From NCBI RefSeq assembly GCF_026571515.1, contig NW_026864013.1, positions 1-64,000 of the forward strand: DNA of 64,000 nucleotides. The letters are read 5' to 3'. Position numbers and translations under genes: made by a program. The DNA comes from Ruditapes philippinarum (taxonomy: Eukaryota). Positions 12,296-25,500 of the stretch are shown here, piece after piece. A model generated the notes under the pieces. It did no database searches, was not told the origin of the DNA, and worked only from the letters and a program-made list of their open reading frames with translations. Positions within the stretch are counted from its first letter, which is position 1. Every line of letters begins with the position of its first letter.

Positions 12296-14200
12296 TGTCC
12301 CATGCCTTTTTAGAGAAACAAAGGGGGTGTAGAAATAGGATCCGTCCTTCTTTCAGCCCGTTTGTCCGTCCGTGACATTTTTGTGTCCAGTCAAAAACAA
12401 TGTCATTTATCTTAAAGGAGCGTTCGTTGTAATTAGACAATGTGTCATGCGCAACATCCGGACCCCTACCTCCAAGGTAAAGGCCACACTTGGTGATAAA
12501 AGGTCATCATTGTTAATTTGAGGGTATATGTCGTGTCCGGTAAATAACTTTCCTATCCATGAAGAGATGTTGGAAGTACTGGCATAAACATTCACAATAA
12601 TGAGACAATTTGTCATGCACAATACCAGTTGCCTACCTCTAAAAATAGATAAATACAGAGTCCCTAAAGAAAGCCCAACACGGCAAAATTGAAAATGTTG
12701 CAGGCTCGTTTTGATTGAGCCTGTTCGTGGACGGTACTGGAAAGTGCAAGTTACCGTCCACGCCCTCAGCACCGGCTTAAGCAGAATTCAACATTTAACG
12801 TGAAATAGTAAAATTTTGAATTTCGAAACATCCGCAGATGTGTTCATACGGCGGTTATCATGGAACCTTCAATGTGACACTTCCGTGCCATTACATGAAA
12901 AGCGGCGTATGGTCCCCAAGTAATAAAAAGCGTGTGCCCTAAACGAGAAAACAATAGGCGGAACTAAATAAAATGGAATTTTGAAAGGGGATCAGAGGTT
13001 ATGAAGCCTGCGTATCACAGATAAGACGTCAAAAGACAAATTTAAAAGGCAAGCAAGATGTCCTAAGGGTGATTCAACATTATTCAAGTAGGAACCACCC
13101 AACAAGAAAATTCCGAAAAGTTGAAACTAAAAATACCACAAGTACAACAATAATGTAGTGCTGAACGATCTTCTTGGATCGAAAATATAACATCATTGAT
13201 TAAATGTACGGGGAGACTTTTAACAGCCGCCACACGGCACAAATAACACGGATGTGATCGTAAAATAGATAAATACAGAATCCCTAAAGAAAGCCCAACA
13301 CGGCAAAATTGAAAATGTTGCAGATTTACATAATCTGTTACATGGTATATTTTTTATCCGGTCCATAACTTTTACATATATCGAGGGAAATTTAAAATTA
13401 TGTAGCACAAATGTTCACAATAATTAGACGATGTGTCTTGTGCAAAACCAGTCGCCCACCTCAAAGGTCAAGGTCACAGTTGGAGGTCAAAAATTGTTAT
13501 ATAGATTTTTTTGTTTCCAGTTCATAACTTTCTCATCTATCAAGGGATTATGAAAATACTTAGCAAAGAAGATGATGTGTCTTGCGCAACATCCAGACGC
13601 CTACCTTAAAGATCAAGGTTACACTCGTTGATAAAAGGTCAACATCGTCTGTTCGAGGGTATTTGTGGTGTCCGGTTCATAACTTTTTCATTGATCAAAG
13701 GGTTTGAAATTACTTGCACAGATGTTGACAATAGTAAGACGATGTCTCATGCAAACACCCGGACCCTTATCTCCAAGGTCAAGGCCACACTTATAGGTCA
13801 AAGATTACCATGTTTTATAGGGTTAATTTTGTGAACATTCAATATTTTTATTGTTCAAGGGATTTTGAAATTACTTGGCAAAAATGTCAACAATAATTGG
13901 ACTTTGTGTCAAGGTCACACTTAAGTGCCAGAGCTAAACATGGTCTGTTCTTGTGTATATTTTGTTTGCGGAATATAATTTTTTCATCTATCAAGGGATT
14001 TTAAAATAACATGGTACAAATGTTAACAGTAATAAGACGACATAAATCATGCGCAACACCTAGACCACTACATCAAACGTCAAGGTCACACGTGAAGATC
14101 AAAGCTTAAAATAGTCTGTTACAATATATGATGCCACGTAAGCCTATGCAAAAAAAAATGTCATTGGTGAATTGCCGACATACCTTGATTAAGGAATTGA
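12296..14200 (+). mobile_element. Degenerate HINE-type element with ~155-bp units, interrupted at 12640-13323
   Basis: 5' box plus (GTCC)n, then recurring AAGGTCAAGGTCACAC and CATAACTTT motifs. Confidence 0.6.
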
Positions 14201-15271
14201 CACGAAATTTACTCTGTAACAGAGCATATCCTGCATTGATTTTGTGTTTGTCGCAATTTGTGGGTTTGAAATAGTGGTAACAATTATACAAATGCATTTC
14301 TGTTGACACATACACAGGAATTATTTCATTATATTTTTCAAATGAATTTACTGCTATTTGCATGTGCAGATCTAGCATTGATCAAACTTTTGCACTGAAA
14401 GTCCAGATTCATACCTCAGTCTTTTGAAATAGCATATTTTTGTGCTCCATGTAATTCTTCCGTTAGGAGGGGGGCGTTGGTAATTATGTAACAAGTTTTT
14501 GTGATGACTGTTTTAAGAAAATCCATCCCAACCATATATAATAATTTTCATTTAATTTAATCTTAAGAATATATATACACACTTATTTTTGCCTTATCTC
14601 CTTTGTCACAAAATAGCTCATTAAAGGACACACTCGGTGATTTTTTACGTAAGTCGACTGTCTGTCGTTTGATTGAAGAACAGTCAAAATAAAACGGGAT
14701 ATAAACGTTGCAAACATCAATACAAAATTTAATCATGAGCTCTTAAATATTATCTGCATATCAAAACAATTCGAATAATTTTGTTGTTTTCATTGAACAA
14801 GTTTTAGGAATTCCGTTTTCACATTAAAGGCGTGAGAGTCATTTGTTTACTCATTTTAATTTTCAATTGTTAAACTTCCGCAATTGAAAAATGTAAAACA
14901 CTCTGTTTAGTTTAATTTGTAGTATGCAAAGAGAAAATTAAAGTACACTATATATGTATATTAACGTCCGGCTTCATAATCGTGATATATAGAGCATTCG
15001 CCGACATGCATCACTTGCATCTTACAAATGTGAGGGGAGTTGAGCAGATAGATAAAATTGATGTCTGATTTTTTTTAATAAAAAAAAAATATATATTTTA
15101 TAATTTGTCGATTTAAATTTCACTTATACACTGGTAGAAAATAAGAATTAGAGACAGTATCGTTACACATTTTATTTGGGCATGACTTCTAAATGGTAAA
15201 CGCATTTACTTAAATGCGGGACAGTTGTATAATCTGATAGTGGATTTTTTTCTCTCATAACGCATTGAAAG

Positions 15272-16492
15272 ATGTATGATACAGAAGAAAACGCGAAACT
15301 TTTAGAGGAGTTAAATGGACAAAAAATACGAGAATATGCTCCAGCTATTGCGTATTCAGCGTTCGTGATGTTAGTTGGCATTTCTGGAAATTTGTTCTCA
15401 ATTGCGTACTATGGATTTAAAACTCAGAAAACTACTACAAATAGCTTAATAACAGCACTTGCAGTTACAGATTTGATAACATGTGTTGTGTTCTGCGATG
15501 AAATAATTGAATTATGTTTTACAATCACTTTTGAGAACGTCATTGGCTGCAAGATTATGTATTTCACAAACCATACCTTAGTGATTGGATCAGCTTTCAT
15601 TTTGATTTTGATCTGTGTTGACAGATTTAGAAAAATCTGTCGTCGGCAATCGTGGCAGCTGACGTTAAAATCAGCAAGGATTGGCGTAGCTTTACTGCTA
15701 TTTCTAGCTGTTATTTTATCAGTGCGGGATTTCGCTATTTTAGATGTTGTTCAAGTGAATCTTACTCACACAAAGGAAAATAAAACGATACGAGGCTTTT
15801 ACTGTACTCATACAAGAGACGTACACATGAAAACGGTCGTCACTGTATTCCAATTGATTGATTTGGCAACGTTTATAATTGTTATATCTACAACGGCTAT
15901 CTTATATACCTTTGTTGCAAGAGAAATTTGGATACAAAGAAAACTTAAGGAAAGTCACACTTACTTATCCGACGTAAAATGTAGTATGTCTGAATCTGAA
16001 TCTACTGGCATAAGACGCGTTTATAATAGTTCGATGGCCGAAACTGCTTCTTCCACAATCCAAGAGGACACTGATGACGTCAACATTTCTACGTCTACTC
16101 CAAACAATGACCCAGAGAAGAAAGTGCAATTTTTCACGGTAGAGGGTGACCGCGACACCACACATTCCCCTAACAAAGCAAACAATGTTGGTAAAGAGCA
16201 CGACGCTCATACTAAGCGAAAACACGCCGATGCGATTGAAAGAAAGATAGCGATTATGATGATTGTATTGACAGTGGCGAGTATTCTTTGCTTTGTGCCA
16301 TACTTCATCGTGAACTTAGCTGTTAAAAGAAATTCAAATACACCCGAACAAGAATTCAGTGTTGGTATACAAATAGCATTACGGTCGTTCATGCTTAATA
16401 ACGCAGTCAACCCATACATTTTGTGTTATTTTAACACGCAATTTAAAAAGTTTGTCAAGGACAGTATTTGCAAATGTCGGTTACGAATGTAG
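15272..16492 (+). CDS. Intronless rhodopsin-class (class A) GPCR, peptide-receptor-like orphan, 406 aa
   Basis: Seven hydrophobic segments with GN (TM1), LAVTD (TM2), CK..VDRFRKIC (TM3), long ICL3, CFVPY (TM6) and NNAVNPYI (TM7). Confidence 0.93.
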   Translation: MYDTEENAKLLEELNGQKIREYAPAIAYSAFVMLVGISGNLFSIAYYGFKTQKTTTNSLITALAVTDLITCVVFCDEIIELCFTITFENVIGCKIMYFTNHTLVIGSAFILILICVDRFRKICRRQSWQLTLKSARIGVALLLFLAVILSVRDFAILDVVQVNLTHTKENKTIRGFYCTHTRDVHMKTVVTVFQLIDLATFIIVISTTAILYTFVAREIWIQRKLKESHTYLSDVKCSMSESESTGIRRVYNSSMAETASSTIQEDTDDVNISTSTPNNDPEKKVQFFTVEGDRDTTHSPNKANNVGKEHDAHTKRKHADAIERKIAIMMIVLTVASILCFVPYFIVNLAVKRNSNTPEQEFSVGIQIALRSFMLNNAVNPYILCYFNTQFKKFVKDSICKCRLRM

Positions 16493-17799
16493 CTTTGCTA
16501 TATATTGTTTATCAGACGATCAGGAAGTGTTTCATAGTTTATTTTATTTGCATATCTGGAAATGTTGTTTATGATATCGTACCGATATTTTGATAAAAAA
16601 AATCTGTTTTCAAAATCGACGTGTTTGAATTTATCAAAAGCTTCAGACAAGTAGACAGTCAGTAAAAACTGTCATAACATATAAATTATACATAATTATA
16701 ATATATATGCATGTAATATTTTTTTTATAATAATAAAAATGTTAAAGCAGCTTAAACTGAAACGAATCTTGTTTATATCAAAAGTATCTGATTTACTATC
16801 TCCCATCCGTGTACGGGTAGTGTTACTACTATCCTGTGTATCTGCGCGCTCTTGTTAAAGTTGTTTGTTCTTGTGAACGTGCGTGTGCGATCGTTTTCAA
16901 ATGTTTGTCGATCTGTTCTAACATCTTTGTTTTACAGGTTAGTCACATCACTCTTTTATTTGTCTGCATGTGACTATTTGTATGTTGTAAACATCAATGA
17001 TTTAGATGTTTGTGGCGTCATATACTATTTTTATACATGTGTTTTGTTTACATAATTGGTTAAAATGTTGTTTACATCATTCTTATTTTATTTATAATTC
17101 ACACATTTACATAATAAATACATAAAATAAAAATTAACGGATTGAGTTGGAAGCTTGTAAAGCTTTTTTTAAAAAAAAAAAAACTCTCTCCGTATCATTC
17201 GCACATCATTCTTTTATATGCTGCTTACATCATTCATCATTGGTCATGTCATTTATCAATAAGTTGTTTAGATCAATGTTTGATATGCTGGTCACGTCAT
17301 TGTTTTATATGATGTTTACATCATTTTTTGTGTCACCTTTACAGATCGAGTAGTGGCGACATATAAGTATCACTTCTCGTCGTCTGTTCGTCGGGGATAC
17401 AAGTGCAATTTCATCTTTTTTACAGGAATGATCAGTACCAAGTCTAGATGTGCATATCGTCGGCATTTTCCGGTTCAATGATATTTTTAGAGTTACGCCC
17501 TTTAATTAATTTATTTTTGATGTTTGTCTGACTCCTCTTATAACACTTATTAATGCAATTTCGTTGAAACTTTACAGGATTGAATGGTAGCTCAAGTACT
17601 TTATATAATTTACAGATTTTCAAGGATTGAATGATTTAGGCTGACATATGGTCCTTGAATAACAAGGTGTGTTTTTTTTCGTGTTGCCAGCTACAAAGAC
17701 GGTTGTCACTTTCATAAAAACTTAACAGGAATTACCAATGCCATGTCTAGTTGTGCATTTGATTTCATTTTTTTTTCAAAGTTATGGCCCTTTTTTATT

Positions 17800-20503
17800 C
17801 AGGGCTGGGAATCAAAACTGCGTCGTATCCTACAAAATGTAAACAAACGCCGCCATCTTGGAACGAAAAAGGTATGTTTTTGTTTATAACTCTTTTTGTT
17901 GGAAATGACTGAAAACCAAATATATGTATTAACACGCTCCACTATTTTCCGCTTCGTCCGGTATATGATGTTTGTACAATTATTTTGTATAACAAAAATT
18001 ATAGCGAACTTGCAACTCGAAGCGGAGCAGAATTTTTATGAAGTTTTGTGTATACGACGCAGTTCATATTGCTTTATCTATCGTTTTTTCCTTCAAATCA
18101 ATTATTTACTCATTTCAGAATTCACCATAAACTTCAAAATATAATTTTGCATCATGTACTAAGATTTTATTAAAAAGAAATGTTTATTTTCCAAGAAAAC
18201 AATAATTTATACGAAATGATACGACGCAGTTGAAAATAAAATATGATACGACGCAGTTGTATTTTCATTGCAGGCTGCATATTAGTTCAAGTATGCTAGT
18301 AAAGTCCAACAACATTTCTTGTTTGCAAATTTTTGATCATTATGAATGCGCACAAGTGACCTATATAACTTAAGTCGAGAGCAGAAGTCACTCATTGGTA
18401 CCACTAAAATGGAAAATTCTATTAAGGCCTCATTTTTTCGGTCGCATTTTTAGCACCTGTCATAAGCATCTACAAATTCCGAAAAATGTTTATCAAATAC
18501 ATTGAAACCCGTGATCGCACACCCATATTGCAACGTACGTGTTTAAGTGCTGCCTTAGCATGCCTATAAACTTGTTCCCATGAGTTCGAAACTAATGGGG
18601 GGGGGGGGTTACATTTTTCATATGCGCAAATTAGATGGCTTCCTTTGTATAATTTACAACAATTTGCGACAAGTCCGATATTACTTATAATGTCTTTTAC
18701 ACGCCGATTTTATTGAATTAATTTTCTTAATAATCAGTGAGAAAAGATGAGCTTTATTATTAGAAACTTAAATCGGTATTTGAAATAAAGTATTATTCCT
18801 CTTTTAATACATGATCAGGAAAAATGGTCATTTATTCTGAACAATATTTTTTTTTAAATTATATGATAAATGGTTAAGCTACGATATATTTTTGCAAGTA
18901 CTGCATAAGTTTCGTTCAATCATTTTTATGTTCAGCGCCGTGGAACTTTACCGCTGATTTTGTCGTATTGCATTTCTTAATCGACGATGAGAACAGGTTT
19001 ACGGAATGTATTTTCTGGATTCGCACCATAGTGTCATTAATAAACTTTAAATTTTCAAATTCGGGTCACAAAAGATAAAACAAAAAACTATTTTGTAAAG
19101 TAGGTGTCCGTTTTGCAAAGGTATTTTACGCTTTGCACCGATAAATTTGATACAGATATATGCACGACATGATGTTTCAATAGTATATTGAAGATGTTTT
19201 ACTATATTAGATTAAAGCCAGGATGAGAAAACTTAGGTCAGATTATCGCATTGAATTTTCCACAGACTAAAGAGAAGGCATCTTAACATATCTTTATACT
19301 AAAGTGTGATTTTTATTTGATAATGAATTGACTGACACATAAAACATTTTTTTTCTTCAGAAAATGTCTTCAAAGAGGATTACCCCCTGTTTACATTGAA
19401 AAATAATTATATGCTATTCAAGCCACTGACATATCCTTTTTTAAACGAAATATCAAAGTAAAAAGTAATCTTAAACAGTAGGGAAATATTTTATTTTAAC
19501 AAAAATTTAAATGTTATTCACTTTATAATTAATTTAAATACTTGTAATCTTCAAACTTCATGCCAGAGGTTTATTAAAAAACTGCTTACTTGTACGGCTG
19601 ACATTTAAGACGATGGTTAACAAATTTGTGGGAAAAAATCAGAGAGGTGTGTCCGACTTAACTGCTGTGAATTTGAAAACCACTAGGGACTTCTGATTCT
19701 TTCGTAAGCTAATGGTTCTCTGCAGGTGTAACATTTTGCCTGAAATAATGCACAAAGGCGCACCTGAGGTCCTTAACCCTAGTAAAACTAAAGTGTAGAG
19801 TGAAAGTTTGAAATAAAACCACAAAAAGCAGTCATCGCATAGAACATGCAGACCCACAGTTTACTAAGAGCGTAGCTAGCCAAAATGAATTTTGTGATTC
19901 AAGTTCATAGACTTCTATATTTTTGCCAACAAAAAATACGGATAAAAGTGAACATATAGGAAAATATAAGAAATTATTTCAGATATTATATGAGAAATTA
20001 AGTAACATGTTCATGTTTAACTGAAAAGTAGCTTCTGCAATCTAAATTGGACATGACACAATGCTTTCTAAAAGAACATTGCTATAAACTGCGAATGATC
20101 TTAGATTTTTTATCTAGCACAAGTGATTATCCGGTGAAATAGACATATATAGCCAAAATTATCCATGTTGAAAAGAATACCAAAACTACAACTGCGTCGT
20201 ATCATATTTTATTTTCAACTGCGTCGTATCATTTCGTACATATTATTATTTCTCGGAAAATAAATATTTCTTTTTAATGAAATTTTAGTACATGATGCAA
20301 AATTATATTTTGAAGTTTATGGTAAACTCTAAAAATTAGTATATAATTGATTTGATGGAAAAACGATGGATAAAGCAATATGAACTGCGTCGTATCCACA
20401 AAATTTCATAACAATTCTAGCCCGCTTCGAGTTGCAAGTTCGCTATAACTTTTGTTTTACAAAATAATTGTGAAAACAACATATACCGAACGAAGCGGAA
20501 AAT
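17800..20503. mobile_element. Long-TIR non-autonomous DNA transposon; right TIR cut by the IS3EU insertion
   Basis: ~17944-18262 is the inverted copy of ~20190-20503, with repeated AACTGCGTCGTATC motif. The left end starts CAGGGCTGGGAAT. Confidence 0.7.
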
Positions 20504-20518
20504 TACGGAAGCCCATTG

Positions 20519-23500
20519 TACGGAAGCCCATTGAGGCCATTTTGAGTTAGAAGTTAGAACTTAGATGTTAGATCTTAGAACTTAGATCTTAGAACTTAGG
20601 TCTTAGCTCTTAGAACTTATAGGTTCCGTAAAGGCGGGAAAACGCCATATTGACTGCAAGATAGACATGAAGATGTATGTGAGGTAAACTTGTAATTATA
20701 TTACTTTAATTATATTTTTTGTTTTTAAGAATTGCAGCGCGATATAGCTATTACGTTAAAAGATTAGGTGATTTTATATGTATAATTTTAAAAAAGGGTG
20801 TAAAAAACAATAAATTTCAAAAAGGAGGCAAAGGAGGCTTCTTAGCCCCATTGTAGCTATTTATACCAGAACATTTGCAACAAATAACACTACGACGAGG
20901 GACACAAGCGTCAAAACTGATAATATATTGCCTGTCTTAGAGTGTAATTCCCCACCTTTTGACAGAATTTAAAAATTGTGTAACTGTCAGTTTTGTTGGT
21001 TTCGTAATTGTGTACAAAATAATTTGAATTATTATTTCCTATTGCAGAATCTTCTTTATTCCTTTCAAGGACAACGAAAATGGTGTCTACATGGGCATGG
21101 ATGTTTGGCATTGGGGCTGTTTATACACCAGTATCTAGTGTTTGTGATCATGGATTTAGCTGTCATTCTCAGGGGCACACTTAAAACAATTTTGAGAACT
21201 GATTACAAATTACTTATTCATAGTTTATTTTACAAGGCTAACAATCTTGTCTGACGCAAAACACGTACACCTATAAGGACGAAGTAAGGGACCCAATTAT
21301 TGAAGGAATCCTGAGGAGTGTCAAGTGTTTAGGTTTCGATCGATGTTGCACAAATTAGAGCCTGACTACCAGTTGCAATGTCTATGGATTCTGTAATGAG
21401 GCTAATGCCACAAATCGATCCCGAAGGAACTAATGAACACAAAGCCACAAATCATCTCGGCGAAGATATGTGTCATCTAAATTGTTACGAAAAGTTAAAG
21501 CCATATGGATTCTGCATCCAGGGAGCGATCGACGGGTACAGTCGACCCATTTTATGTCTCGAAGTATCAAACAGTAACAACTCCCCGCAATGATAGCGTC
21601 ATACTTCATTGAAACATTAAACAAAGGCATTTTACAGAAATGTTTATCAAAGTTCTTAGTTCATCGTTCTGGTTTAATTTTCAAGTTCATGTGCATGTAT
21701 GTTTTGTATATAACTGAAGGATTAAGAAACGCTATATTTTTCAAATCTTTTAACAAAACTTTTAGAAATAAGTATTTTGTTTTATTTCATCTGAACCATG
21801 CTTACAAGAACAACCATCGTACACTTAACAGCTTGGTTTGGAGTCTCTTCAATATAAGAGAAATTTGGTGGAACTAGATTTTATTGGATTTTACCTTAAC
21901 TTTAGCATTTCTTGACATTTTGTCTCATGGTATCCCTGAGATCAAAGGAACATCTTTTTCCTATGAATAGTTGTTGTAGACCTACAGATATCATTGATCT
22001 TTACCATAAATATTATTGTAAAAGAGCTGAAGTATTAACTATTTCTTGAGTGTGCACGCACTGCACCGGTGTATGCCATTGACAAGTTCTTGTGATATTC
22101 TTGTTGGTGATAAGATTGTGGATATTCTTTTTTGTAATTAATGAGATAAGTGTCTTGTATCATGTTTTGCAGTTTACTGTAACTTGAATAAAGTTTAATG
22201 TTTGAGAACGGAGTTATCTTTCCTTCTTTTAGCTTTTTCAAAACCGATTTTTTAAGTTATAATAACTAAGTTCTAATGTATAAGTTCTAATGTATAAGTT
22301 TTAATCACTAAGTTCTAATCACTAAGTTCTAATCACTAAGTTCTAATGTTTATGTTCTAATGTCTAAGTTCTAATGTCTAAGTTCTAATGTCTAAGTTCT
22401 AAGAACTAAGTTCTAATGCCTAAGTTCTAATATCTAAGTTCTAAGATATTTGGACCACGTTAAGGCCACTTTGGAGGTCCTTCACTGACACGGCCCTTTG
22501 TACTTTGATTTTGTCTGACCGCATTGGCCCGCACATTTAAACATACGTGGTAACAAGTGCAAGTGCAGATGAATCGCGTGACATCAGTTGATATGGTTCT
22601 TCTGATGCTGATGCTTATTTGATAAAAAGGCCGACACAAAGAAAATCCACCCACCCCCCCCCAAAAAAAAAAAAAACAAAAAAAAAACAATCATAAATTG
22701 TACTGCATATTAAACAAAAATACTTTTTGCAATCTGTAATTTGCCTTGTTGTCACTGAAATTTAAGGGAATATGCAACTATAGCCACAATAATGGCATGA
22801 CGTTTTTTTTTTAAAAAATCGCTTTTAGTTCTTTCATAATCATTTGCACGCTTTACATCTAGTATTATAACTAGTTATGCAACAATTGCTTGATAAGCCA
22901 TCATTCAGTACCCTGCCAATATGACGACCATATTCTTTCTTTGTAAAATTATATTGTGCCTATTCAGTAATGCGATTCCTTTTGAATATAATTATGGCTC
23001 CAATTTGTAGTCAAGAGCAGGTCACACCATCGATCATTTGTGCAGAACACCTTAGGAAATTATATCAAATGGCATTTTTTCAATACTATATATTAAGACA
23101 AATCCTTGTATTTTAATATACTTATATATCATGGTAACCCCAATCAGTATCAAACCGCTGATGATTTCATCAAATATTAAAACAGAAGTGCACTTCGTTA
23201 AAATTAAGGCAATGGTTAACTTTAATTTAAGTGGTCATTGTGATCTTGACCTTGTAGAAATGGATACACGGAAGCATTGACCGCTGATGCAAAGTGTACA
23301 TACTTGTAATTTTAAATGTAGAATAAACACACAATTTGATAGGACCATTTATTGAAGCTTTGACTTCACCAGACGTAACCATCCTCATTAACAGTTATCT
23401 TGAAACAGTTCAATAGGTTTTTCAACAACATTCCTGGCATCATTTAGCACAAAGTACATGTATATTATTAGGACAGACTGAAATCACATAAATCTGATGT

Positions 23501-24965
23501 TAAAATTACAATAAATCATTAACAATATAATCAAAATAATAATCAAAAAATAATATAATCTATAATTAATAATTATGAATGCCAACACGAAACCCAATTG
23601 CATGTTCATTGTAAGTCATTGTAAAAATGTTCCACAATCATCTGTAAAAATTCAAGGTACGTTTAATGGCTATCAAAAACTTTCCGTTATTCGGCGACAA
23701 CACTCGAACAAGTTTCTCGGTTTTAATGAGGCCCTTTAGTAAAAAGTTTTGGCATATCTTTATGTCTTCTTGATCAACACGATGATCACAGTTATGCCCA
23801 CCATAGATTCCAGGTACAAAATACATTCCGTAAAGTATTTCAATATTCTTTTGGATTTCGCTTGTCATGTAGAGTTCTGCTTGGATCAAGTCCATAATAA
23901 GACATTCCATATGTACACGATTTGTTATGTCGAAACTTTGAAATCAATAAGATACTTGAAAAATGATATCCGCCAGTGCAACCTTGTTTACGAAGTAATC
24001 CTTGCCAGGATTCTAAACGCTGATTTGCTACACTCTTTCCATGCATAAAACTGTTCAACCTTGCTACTCGTTATGTGCCGTTAAAGCTGGAATATGGGTT
24101 GAAGCAATGCTAGCGTTGAATTATTTTCAATTCATATGCGTATTATGACGCTATCACTGCCGGCGAGTTGTCGCTATTTGATCATATGATGGGTGGAATG
24201 TACAGATCGCTCCGAGGATGCACAATCAACATGGCTTTAACTTGTCGTTACAATTTACATGCCACACAAAGTTAATCAGTTCTAGCCCTTCTGAGAATGA
24301 CAGCTAAATCTTTTATTACAACACTTGTTAGTGGTGTAAAAACAAACAGCCAAAGTCCAAACCTCCACGCTAATTTAGAGTCCATTTTAATAATCAGGAA
24401 AAGGGATAAAGAAGATTCTGCAATAGAAAAAATAATCAAATTATTTTAATAAACATAAGAAAATCAACAGTTTTTAATTATTATAAAACTGTTAGTTACA
24501 CATTTTTAAATACTTTTTCAAATATGATAATTTGGGTTACAGACAACAGATATATCAGTTTTAAAGCTTGTGTCCCTCATCGAAGATTTTTTTGTTAGCC
24601 AGGTTCGGCACTGGCTAAAATAGCTACTTACGGAGTCAATTTGTCCCAGCTTGTTGAAGATAGCTTGGTCGACCTTTGTCTCCTATTGAAATTGGTTGTT
24701 TTTACCTGGTCCTTATATATAAGATATAATCACCTAATCTTTTAACGTTCTAGCTATATCTCTGCAATTCTTTGAATAAAAAAATAGAAAAATAAAGAAA
24801 TATATCAAAAAGTTTATCTCACATCTTCTTATCTATATTGCAGTTAATATGGCGTTTTCATGCCTATACGGAACATCTAAGTTCTAAGGGCTAAGACCTA
24901 AGGTTCTAAGATCTAACATCTAAGTTCTAACTTCTAACTCAAAACGGCCTCAATGGGCTTCCGTA
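20519..24965. mobile_element. IS3EU-type DNA transposon (defective composite), 6-bp TSD CCATTG
   Basis: TIRs TACGGAAGCCCATTGAGGCC...GGCCTCAATGGGCTTCCGTA, flanked by CCATTG at 20513-18 and 24966-71. Subterminal 7/14-bp TTAGAAC arrays. Transposase remnants KLKPYGFCIQGAIDGYSR..LEV..SNN.P (+, 21470-21600) and GKSVANQRLESW..LRKQ (-, 23985-24045). Confidence 0.85.
22262..22446. repeat. 14-bp tandem array (AAGTTCTAATGTCT)n
   Basis: ~13 units; reverse-complement relative of the IS3EU subterminal arrays, so probably the right subterminal region of the first element copy. Confidence 0.8.
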
Positions 24966-24971
24966 CCATTG

Positions 24972-25500
24972 AGGCCGTTTTGAGATAGAAGTTAGAAGTT
25001 AGATCTTAGATCTTAGATCTTAGAACATAGATCTTAGAACTTAGGTCTTAGCTCTTAGAACTTAGAGGTTCCATATTGGCGGGAACACGCCATATTTACT
25101 GCAAGATAGACAAGAAGATGTAAGTGAGATAAGCTTTTTATTACATGTATATTTCTTTAATTTTATTTTTTAATTTAAAGAATTGCAGAGATATAACTTA
25201 AAAGATTAAGTGATTATATATTATAAATAAGAACCCGGTAAAAAGCAACCAATTTCAATGAGAGGCAAAGGTCGACAAAGCTATCTTCAACAGGCTGGTA
25301 CAAACTCCATAAGTGGATATTTTAGCCAGTTCTAGCTATTTTAGCCGAACCTGGCTACCAAAAATCTACGATGAGGGCACAAGCGATGAACCTGTTGCCT
25401 ATATTTTTGTAATTATCAATTATCAGCTTTAAAACAGTATTTAAAATTGTGTATCTGTTAGTTTTATGATAATTAAAAAATGTCGGTTGTCTAATGTGTA
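24972..25500 (+). mobile_element. Older IS3EU left-end copy (its first 15 bp lie at 20504-20518), 3'-truncated
   Basis: TACGGAAGC-CCATTG at 20504 resumes after the TSD as AGGCCGTTTTGAG..TTAGAAC arrays; homologous to 20519-21000. Confidence 0.8.

Noticed and set aside
20545-20620. Interstitial telomere repeat
   Set aside because: Units are 7-bp TTAGAAC/TTAGATC transposon subterminal repeats, not TTAGGG.
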